From Candidatus Omnitrophota bacterium (lineage in GTDB: Bacteria > Omnitrophota > Gorgyraeia > 2-01-FULL-45-10): a stretch of 64,000 nucleotides of DNA. The stretch spans positions 60,084 to 124,083 of the forward strand of contig JAQVUX010000001.1 of assembly GCA_028699255.1 (NCBI GenBank). The letters run 5' to 3'. The translations under genes were made by a program, and so were the position numbers. Below, piece by piece: positions 57,197 to 64,000 of the stretch (position 1 is the first letter of the stretch; the number at the start of each line of letters is the position of its first letter). Under the pieces are notes generated by a model. The model was not told the origin of the DNA. It ran no database searches and saw only the letters and a list, made by a program, of their open reading frames with translations.

Positions 57197-58861
57197 TTAC
57201 CGTCGATCATATGTCGAGTAGTAATACGGGGTATGCGCCCGGAACTCGGCCGCGCAAGTATCGACCAATTTAAAGTCGGGCGATATTTTTTTTGCCCGGC
57301 GCAGAGCGGCCACCTTCTCTTCCCGGCTGTTTGTGAGATCCGCCAGCTGTTTATCGCTGAAACCGTACTGTTTTGCTTTCAAAAGAAGATCATCGCTCAG
57401 ATTGCCGGCGGCGGCTATTTTCCGCTCTAAAGCCACTATCTCTTTGATATTGCACAGAAACCATCTGTCGATCTTGGTCAGTTCGTATATTTTATCGATA
57501 TCAACGCCGGCCCTTATCGCGTCGGCAACATAAAAAATACGTTCGGCATTAGGAAGCCGCATTTTTTTATACAAAAGCTCCATCGTTTCCGAATCCGCCG
57601 CGGCGTCTTTAATGGAATTTTTAAAAAGAATGCTCTCAAGTCCGGATTTTTTTATCTCAAGCGATCGCAGGCCTTTTTGAAGGGCCTCTTTGAATGTGCG
57701 CCCGATGGACATCGCTTCTCCGACGGACTTCATCGCGATTGTAAGCGTAGGATCCGCCGCGGGGAACTTTTCGAACGTGAATCTGGGTATCTTTACCACG
57801 CAATAGTCGATGGACGGCTCGAAGCAGGCCGGCGTCTCTTTTGTGATATCATTGGGTATCTCGTCGAGGGTGTAGCCTACCGCGAGCTTGGCGGCTATCT
57901 TGGCTATCGGGAAGCCGGTCGCTTTCGAAGCGAGAGCCGAGCTACGGGAGACCCTCGGATTCATCTCTATGACGACCATGCGGCCTGTGTCCGGATGTAC
58001 GGCAAATTGCACATTAGAGCCGCCCGTCTGTACCCCGATCTCGCGGATACAAGCGACTGCGGCGTCACGCATGATCTGGTACTCCCTGTCCGTCAATGTC
58101 TGGGCGGGGGCTACCGTTATGCTGTCGCCTGTATGAACGCCCATAGGATCGACATTTTCGATAGAGCAGATGATGACGACATTATCTTTCGTATCCCGCA
58201 TGACCTCTAATTCGAATTCTTTCCAGCCTATCACCGATTCCTCGATGAGTATCTCGCTTATCATGCTCGATTCGAGCCCGGTTTTGGCGAGCTCGGAAAA
58301 ATCCTCAACGTTATACGCGATACTGCCGCCGGTGCCGCCCAGTGTAAAACTCGGACGGATTATAGCCGGGAACCCTATGTGTTTTACCACCGCATGCGCC
58401 TCTTTAAGATTATACGCCCTGCCGCTCTTCGGAAGATCCAGCCCTATCTTTTGCATTGCCATCTTGAAGAGCTGGCGGTCTTCCGCTTTTTTTATCGACT
58501 TTATGTTCGCGCCTATCGTCTCAACTTTGTACTTGCGCAGTATGCCTTTTTCCGCCAGGCCGACAGCCGTATTGAGCGCCGTCTGCCCGCCGAGAGTCGG
58601 CAATAGCGCGTCCGGCCGTTCCTTCTCGATTATCTTTGCTACGACATCTACCGTTATCGGCTCGATGTACGTCTTGTCAGCTATCTCGGGATCGGTCATG
58701 ATGGTGGCCGGATTCGAATTCACCAGGACAACCTTATATCCTTCCTGCCTTAAAACTTTACATGCCTGGGAACCGGAATAGTCGAATTCGCAGGCCTGGC
58801 CTATGACTATCGGCCCGGAGCCTATTATAAGTATCTTTTTTATATCTTTTCGTTTGGGCAT
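57197..58861 (-). CDS. carB: carbamoyl-phosphate synthase large subunit, N-terminal half (first ATP-grasp/CPSase module plus oligomerisation domain); split carB
   Basis: The 554-aa product starts with the CarB N-terminus [35 protein letters not shown]. It is adjacent to carA. Confidence 0.85.
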   Translation of the reverse strand: MPKRKDIKKILIIGSGPIVIGQACEFDYSGSQACKVLRQEGYKVVLVNSNPATIMTDPEIADKTYIEPITVDVVAKIIEKERPDALLPTLGGQTALNTAVGLAEKGILRKYKVETIGANIKSIKKAEDRQLFKMAMQKIGLDLPKSGRAYNLKEAHAVVKHIGFPAIIRPSFTLGGTGGSIAYNVEDFSELAKTGLESSMISEILIEESVIGWKEFELEVMRDTKDNVVIICSIENVDPMGVHTGDSITVAPAQTLTDREYQIMRDAAVACIREIGVQTGGSNVQFAVHPDTGRMVVIEMNPRVSRSSALASKATGFPIAKIAAKLAVGYTLDEIPNDITKETPACFEPSIDYCVVKIPRFTFEKFPAADPTLTIAMKSVGEAMSIGRTFKEALQKGLRSLEIKKSGLESILFKNSIKDAAADSETMELLYKKMRLPNAERIFYVADAIRAGVDIDKIYELTKIDRWFLCNIKEIVALERKIAAAGNLSDDLLLKAKQYGFSDKQLADLTNSREEKVAALRRAKKISPDFKLVDTCAAEFRAHTPYYYSTYDRR

Positions 58862-58874
58862 GAGGATTATTCCA

Positions 58875-59957
58875 TTATCGCTTATATTTTTTCATCATAT
58901 CTGTAAACTTATTGAAGAGATATTCCGTGTCGTGCGGTCCGGGCGCGGCTTCAGGATGGAACTGCACGGAAAATGCCGGTAGTTTTTTGTGGCGCATACC
59001 CTCGAGCGTCTCGTCGTTTAAGTTTACATGCGTCAATTCGACATCTTTTTTGCTCAGCGTATCTATATCTACGCAGAAACCGTGGTTCTGGACGCTTATC
59101 GCGACCTTTCCCGTCTTGAGATCCTTTACCGGCTGGTTGCCGCCGTGATGGCCGAACTTCAGCTTGAACGTTTTGCCTCCAAGCGCCTGCCCGAGTATCT
59201 GGTGGCCCAGGCATATTCCGAATATGGGCACCTTACCCAATAATTCCTGCGCTGTTTTGACTATATACGGCAGTGCGGCCGGGTCTCCCGGGCCATTGGA
59301 AAGCAATACCCCGTCCGGCTTTAACTCGAGTATCTCTCTGTAGGCAGTCTTTGCGGGAACGACTATTACCCGGCAGTTATTCTTCGCAAGTTCGCGCAGA
59401 GAATTGAATTTTACTCCGCAATCCAGCACTACGACCTTATATTTGCCGCTGTTGTTCCATTCGTATTTTTTGGGGCAAGCCACGTTTTTTATCAGATCGA
59501 CGCCTAATAATCCGGGAGAGTTTTTCGCTTTGTGTACCAGGCTCTCACCGTCGGTATCTACGGTAGAGATCACGGCCTTCATGGCGCCCGCCTGTCTTAT
59601 GTGTAAAGTGAGCGAGCGGGTATCGATGCCTTCGATGCCGGGTATACCGCTTTCTTTTAGATAATCACCGAGGGATCTTTTGGCGCGCCAATTACTGAAG
59701 GTTTTACTGTATTCTTTTACTATAAATCCTTCGGCAAAAATAGCGGAGGATTCGACGTCTTCATCATTTACGCCGTAGTTGCCGATCAAAGGATTCGTCA
59801 TTGCGACGATCTGCCCCTTATACGAAGGGTCTGTGAGTATCTCCTGGTAGCCGGTCATGCTGGTATTAAACACGACCTCACCGAACTTTTCACCGTCTGC
59901 TCCAAAGGATTCGCCGGTGAATATATTTCCGTCTTCTAACGCAAGTATAGCTTTCAT
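58875..59957 (-). CDS. carA: carbamoyl-phosphate synthase small subunit (glutamine amidotransferase)
   Basis: An N-terminal CPSase small-chain domain is followed by a GATase domain with GICLGHQ. The product is 360 aa. Confidence 0.9.
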   Translation of the reverse strand: MKAILALEDGNIFTGESFGADGEKFGEVVFNTSMTGYQEILTDPSYKGQIVAMTNPLIGNYGVNDEDVESSAIFAEGFIVKEYSKTFSNWRAKRSLGDYLKESGIPGIEGIDTRSLTLHIRQAGAMKAVISTVDTDGESLVHKAKNSPGLLGVDLIKNVACPKKYEWNNSGKYKVVVLDCGVKFNSLRELAKNNCRVIVVPAKTAYREILELKPDGVLLSNGPGDPAALPYIVKTAQELLGKVPIFGICLGHQILGQALGGKTFKLKFGHHGGNQPVKDLKTGKVAISVQNHGFCVDIDTLSKKDVELTHVNLNDETLEGMRHKKLPAFSVQFHPEAAPGPHDTEYLFNKFTDMMKKYKR

Positions 59958-60007
59958 ATTGCCTAATTATATACTTTTGAGATGCAAAGTCAATCTTAAA
60001 GGCTCGG

Positions 60008-60289
60008 TCAAATAATTTCCACTACCTTATCCCGGCTCTTCAATCCCATTTTTATCACTATTCTGCTTTTTGGCAAGTCAAAATAATCGCTCAAACATTT
60101 AACAACAGCTTCGTTTGCCCTTCCTTCGAGAGCTTTTTCTTTTACGCGCACAGTATATTTATTATCGCCCGCAAGCTCTACAATGGCCTTTTTGGAATTT
60201 GGCTTGACCCTTACCGATATTTTCACCACTTCCCCGACTTTTGTTTTTTTGCCTTCGGCAGTTCCTTTATTGCGTCGAGCGATTCGCAA
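60008..60289 (-). CDS. DUF167 / YggU-family protein (UPF0235)
   Basis: The family core is [56 protein letters not shown]. The true start is probably a downstream GTG near 60230-60250, so the overlap with trpB2 is small. Confidence 0.7.
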   Translation of the reverse strand: MRIARRNKGTAEGKKTKVGEVVKISVRVKPNSKKAIVELAGDNKYTVRVKEKALEGRANEAVVKCLSDYFDLPKSRIVIKMGLKSRDKVVEII

Positions 60290-61614
60290 AGATCCTCTTC
60301 GGAGAGGTGCAGTTCCTTAAGGTGGCCTGACATATATTTATCGTATCCGGTAAGATCGAGAAGGCCGTGTCCGCTGTAGCTGAAAAGTATGGTCTTCTCT
60401 TTGCCTTCCGCCTTCGCCTTCTTCGCCTCATCTATGACGCATGCGATCGCGTGGCTCGTTTCGGGAGCGCATATCGATCCTTCCGTTCTCGCCCATGTAA
60501 GCGCCGCTTCGTAACACTTCACCTGATCGTATGAACGCGGTGTGGCAAGCCCTTCGACTATGCACTGGCTTACTAAAGGCGCCATGCCGTGGTAGCGAAG
60601 GCCGCCGGCGTGTATCGGCGGCGGTATGAACTTGTGTCCGAGAGTGTACATCGGTAAAAGCGGCGTCATACGGGCGACGTCGCCGAAGTCGTACGTGAAC
60701 GGCCCGCGTGTCATCTTTGGGCAGGTCGTCGACTCGACGGGATACACCTCTATCTTTTCGCCGTTAATTTTATCGTGTATAAAAGGAAACGCTATCCCCG
60801 CGAAATTACTTCCGCCTCCGGCACAGCCGATAATTATATCCGGCTTTTTTACCCCGGCCAGCTTGAGCTGTTTCTTCGCCTCCAGGCCTATCACCGTCTG
60901 GTGGAGCAGTACGTGGTTCAACACGCTTCCCAATGTGTAACGCGTCTTGCCGGTTTTATCGGACACAGCCTCTTCTATCGCCTCGCTTATGGCTATACCG
61001 AGCGATCCGGGAGTGTCGGGCAATCTCTTCAATATATCTCTACCGGCGTTCGTTTCATTGCTGGGGCTTGCTACACACTTGCCGCCCCAGACCTGCATCA
61101 TCGTCTTCCTGAAAGGCTTCTGGTCGAAGCTTATTCTGACCATGAAGATCTTGCATTCCAATCCTAATAGATTTGACGCGAACGCAAGCGCGGACCCCCA
61201 TTGTCCGGCGCCGGTCTCGGTCGTTAGTTTCTTTATGCCGAACTCTTTATTGTACCAGACCTGCGCTACGGCCGAATTTGGTTTGTGACTGCCGGCCGGG
61301 CTTACGCTTTCGTCTTTGCAATATATCCGCGCGGGTGTTTTCAGGAACTTTTCGAGCCTTGTCGCGCGGATAAGCGGCGTAGGCCGCCAGATGCGCAACA
61401 ACTCCCGGACTTCTTCCGGGATATCGATCCAGCGCTCGCGGCTCATCTCCTGCTCGATAAGGTTGACCGGGAATACGGGCGCGAGCATCTCGGGGGTTAT
61501 CGGATTACCATCGGGGCCTATGGGCGGCTGCATCGGGGTGGGCAGATCGGCGGCTATGTTGTACCACTGCTTCGGCATATCATCTTCATGCAGGAAAAAC
61601 TTTTTAGTTTGCAT
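60223..61614 (-). CDS. trpB: tryptophan synthase beta-chain-like PLP enzyme, TrpB2 (long) type
   Basis: The PLP-Lys region is [15 protein letters not shown]. TrpB2-type N-terminal extension and insertions are present, along with the [13 protein letters not shown] glycine loop. The product is 463 aa. Confidence 0.85.
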   Translation of the reverse strand: MQTKKFFLHEDDMPKQWYNIAADLPTPMQPPIGPDGNPITPEMLAPVFPVNLIEQEMSRERWIDIPEEVRELLRIWRPTPLIRATRLEKFLKTPARIYCKDESVSPAGSHKPNSAVAQVWYNKEFGIKKLTTETGAGQWGSALAFASNLLGLECKIFMVRISFDQKPFRKTMMQVWGGKCVASPSNETNAGRDILKRLPDTPGSLGIAISEAIEEAVSDKTGKTRYTLGSVLNHVLLHQTVIGLEAKKQLKLAGVKKPDIIIGCAGGGSNFAGIAFPFIHDKINGEKIEVYPVESTTCPKMTRGPFTYDFGDVARMTPLLPMYTLGHKFIPPPIHAGGLRYHGMAPLVSQCIVEGLATPRSYDQVKCYEAALTWARTEGSICAPETSHAIACVIDEAKKAKAEGKEKTILFSYSGHGLLDLTGYDKYMSGHLKELHLSEEDLCESLDAIKELPKAKKQKSGKW

Positions 61615-61628
61615 ATATCCTTCCTCGG

Positions 61629-63047
61629 CTAAACTATTGCCCGTTTCTCTCTCTTATACTGGTCAAATGTTTTTTTATTGCGCAAAAAATCGATCGTCCC
61701 GGTTACTTTTGATATGGAAATTATCCATTTATACCAAAACATTTCGGTAAACGCCAGAAAAATCATATAAAGGACGTAGTTAAGTTTGAATACTTTCTGG
61801 CTACGTATGAACGTAAATAGAGATGCGAGCGAAATAAATGTCTGCGCCGCCGCCGATAGCAGGAAGAATGCCAGAAATATCTTTACGTCAAGGATTCCGG
61901 ACAGGCAACCCCATGCGATCAATAAAATACTTACGACCTCCAGAAATACTCCTAATACCTCGTAAAGCAGATAGTACGGCATAGTGATAAGCCCGAAACC
62001 CCGGAAGCGCGGGTTGAAAAGCATATATTTGTATCCCCAGACTGTTTCATCTATTACCCTCTGCCATCGGCCGCGTTGAGATAGCAACGACTTTATATTT
62101 GCCGGGCCTTCCGTCCAGCTTACATAATAAGGTAACATGATTATTTTATAATCTTTATCTCTGTTCTTAACTATATAATCATGTGCCCGGAACGTTATCT
62201 CTATGTCTTCGCAGGTGTAGTCTGTAGAATATCCGCCCATATCGTAAAGGACATCTCTGCGCCATATGCCGAATCCGCCCGGGACATTTGGCATGGCGTT
62301 GAACGCGCTCCAGGCTATACGGTTACCGAAGAATGAACGAACGTACTCGAGGTTCTGATATGCAAGGAGCGGGTTTAGGGAAAAACTCCGTTTTTCTATT
62401 ATGCCGTCTTTGATCTTAAAGCCGTTGGAAAGGCCGAAGTAACTGCCTATTCCTATGACGCGCTCAGGATCCTTCTCAACGTATGCCATGACTTTCAGGA
62501 GCGAGTCGCGCTCGAGGACGGTATCAGCGTCGATGACACAAACGTATTTATGACGTGCCATATTCAGCCCGGCGTTAACCGCGCCCGCTTTTTTCAGTCC
62601 CTCCGTTTTGCTTATTACCGTAACATTCGGGTGTTTGGCGCTCTTTAGTATTTCTATGACTTTCCCGTCCTTAAAATGCTTCAGATAAGGGGTTTCGACG
62701 GGCTGGAGGCTCAATATCTCGTCGAGTATAGCCATCGTCCTGTCGGTGGATTTATCGTCCACGACCACTACTTCAAACTCAGGGTAATTAAGGTTAAGTA
62801 TAGATAGAAAGGCGTCGCGGATCCACTCTTCCTCGTTCCTCGCGGGGATAATTATGGAGACAGGCAGAGTAAATGAAGAGAAGTATGTTAATGGATAATC
62901 TTCCGCTTCCGCTTCCCACCTCTTCCGCCTTTCTTCGATAAATCCTACTATAGCGAGGAACATGTAGTACGCGATAAGGATGACGAAATATATAAAGAAG
63001 GCGACCGATATCGCGTATATTGTTTTTGGCATCAATGCGTTTGTCAT
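61629..63047 (-). CDS. family-2 glycosyltransferase, processive beta-glycan synthase type (PgaC/cellulose-synthase-like; N- and C-terminal TM segments)
   Basis: The GT-A motifs are [21 protein letters not shown] and CVIDADT, and a QRGRWQRV (QxxRW) processivity motif is present. There are 2 N-terminal and about 3 C-terminal TM helices. Confidence 0.8.
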   Translation of the reverse strand: MTNALMPKTIYAISVAFFIYFVILIAYYMFLAIVGFIEERRKRWEAEAEDYPLTYFSSFTLPVSIIIPARNEEEWIRDAFLSILNLNYPEFEVVVVDDKSTDRTMAILDEILSLQPVETPYLKHFKDGKVIEILKSAKHPNVTVISKTEGLKKAGAVNAGLNMARHKYVCVIDADTVLERDSLLKVMAYVEKDPERVIGIGSYFGLSNGFKIKDGIIEKRSFSLNPLLAYQNLEYVRSFFGNRIAWSAFNAMPNVPGGFGIWRRDVLYDMGGYSTDYTCEDIEITFRAHDYIVKNRDKDYKIIMLPYYVSWTEGPANIKSLLSQRGRWQRVIDETVWGYKYMLFNPRFRGFGLITMPYYLLYEVLGVFLEVVSILLIAWGCLSGILDVKIFLAFFLLSAAAQTFISLASLFTFIRSQKVFKLNYVLYMIFLAFTEMFWYKWIISISKVTGTIDFLRNKKTFDQYKREKRAIV

Positions 63048-63050
63048 ATT

Positions 63051-63890
63051 TTACCGCCGCCCTTTTCTGAATCTATTCTCTATTTGGCCTGCCACGGCAG
63101 GGTCAAAGCTTCTTAACGAACCGATGACTTCGCTGTGCAGGCCGGGGTCATCGCTTTCCATGAGCGCGCTCTCCATCGCTTCTATGCAGATCTTTTTCCC
63201 AAAATCATCTTTACCCTCGAATATCTTTTTTATGTGCGGCATGGCCGCGCGGATATGCTCTTTCATCGCGTCCCTAACGCTTTCGAGGACAAAGAGCGAC
63301 CCGTCATTTATCGAGTTTATTATAATAGAGATCGACCTGTCGGCCAGTATTGCGGATAGCGCTTTGACGGAGTGCATCCGGACAAGCCACGCGTCATCGG
63401 ATAGACATTTTATCAGCGCCGGCTCTGAAGCCTTGTCACCTATCGCCCCGAGACACTCGCAGGCGGCGGCGCGCACATCGTCCGAGGTATCGTCGAGTAA
63501 CTTCTCGATCTGCTTGCGGTACTTTGCGGGTTTAAGTTTAGCCAGAAGTTTTAATATCCAGAATCTGAGGTTGGGATCTTTTTCGCCGGTCATCTCTATC
63601 GCCGCGTCAGACGCATCCCCGGCGGGAAAAGTTTCGAGTAGCGAGACCACCTTGCGCCTTATAAGGCGATCCTTTTTTAGCAGGTCGAGTAATATCCCGG
63701 CCGAGGCCTTTGTTTTAATGCGCCCCAGCGCCATGGCTGAAAAATACCGCGTATCGGTATCCGTGCTCAAGAGCGCGTTCTTGATTATTTTTTCCGCGCC
63801 TTCCGTGCCGAGGTGCCCGAGCGCTATTATCGCCTCGATCCGGCGCCACTTGTTACCGGAGCGCATCGCCGTTTTTTCGATCACACCCAC
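63051..63890 (-). CDS. HEAT / PBS-lyase-type repeat protein; N-terminus probably lies beyond the window edge
   Basis: It has multiple HEAT-like repeats (IEAIIALGHLG, RYFSAMALGRI, VRAAACECLGAIG, VRMHSVKALSAI). The ORF track start is a GTG at 63890, but the frame stays open to position 64000, so the gene is likely 5'-partial. Confidence 0.55.
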   Translation of the reverse strand: MGVIEKTAMRSGNKWRRIEAIIALGHLGTEGAEKIIKNALLSTDTDTRYFSAMALGRIKTKASAGILLDLLKKDRLIRRKVVSLLETFPAGDASDAAIEMTGEKDPNLRFWILKLLAKLKPAKYRKQIEKLLDDTSDDVRAAACECLGAIGDKASEPALIKCLSDDAWLVRMHSVKALSAILADRSISIIINSINDGSLFVLESVRDAMKEHIRAAMPHIKKIFEGKDDFGKKICIEAMESALMESDDPGLHSEVIGSLRSFDPAVAGQIENRFRKGRR

Positions 63891-64000
63891 GGACTTAGAG
63901 GCTATGAGGCACTTCTTGAATAATTCCTGCTCCGACCGGTTAAAGAATACCGCTTCGCGGCGTCTATTGCCTTCGATATCGAGAAGCTGTTGGACGGTGG

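Overview
This 64 kb window reads as a chromosomal segment of an uncultured-looking, apparently diderm anaerobic bacterium. Overall GC is about 50%, and core genes run about 55-62% by eye. There is no rRNA, no CRISPR array and no obvious prophage.

First 31 kb, mostly + strand: densely packed housekeeping genes. These are dnaE (5'-truncated at the window edge), HU, hisS-aspS, ybeY-dgkA-recO-glyQS, ppdK, a sigma-70 factor and apt. They are followed by two outer-membrane beta-barrel genes (FadL-like and a porin), a PHP phosphoesterase, lpxA, an HhH-GPD glycosylase, a ferredoxin / Isf flavoprotein / IMPase group, an FAD oxidase, an SNase-like nuclease and a PAC2 protein. One tRNA-Arg(CCT) lies on the - strand at 16620-16696, with a 23-nt duplicate of its 5' end 52 bp away.

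About 28.6-35.5 kb: a lower-GC (about 35-46%) surface-type accessory segment. It holds a Wzx-like flippase, small membrane proteins, a 782-aa secreted Tyr/Gly/Ser-rich protein, and a membrane GGDEF protein whose motif reads GGDDF.

Remaining half, mostly - strand: glgC, a TIGR01212 radical-SAM protein, mnmG, a ParA/MinD-type ATPase fused to a C-terminal AMPK-beta-like glycogen-binding domain (CBM48), purQ, purS-purL fusion, guaA, purF and the C-terminal half of a split carB. An 8 kb block then separates that carB half from carB-N and carA. The block contains a low-GC 1260-aa secreted protein with an embedded LMW-PTP domain, a UPF0371/DUF1846 protein, small membrane proteins, dus and yajQ. The window ends with a DUF167 protein, trpB2, a QxxRW GT2 synthase and a HEAT-repeat protein running off the window edge.

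The most interesting candidate is the ParA-CBM48 fusion next to mnmG and near glgC. I read it as a possible glycogen-granule positioning or segregation ATPase with a built-in cargo adaptor. Other notable items are the 56-bp triple tandem repeat with internal inverted repeats upstream of the HU gene (with a related single motif upstream of a Lys-rich histone-like gene), the two low-GC giant secreted proteins, the DgkA-PAP2 fusion, and the tRNA 5'-fragment duplication.
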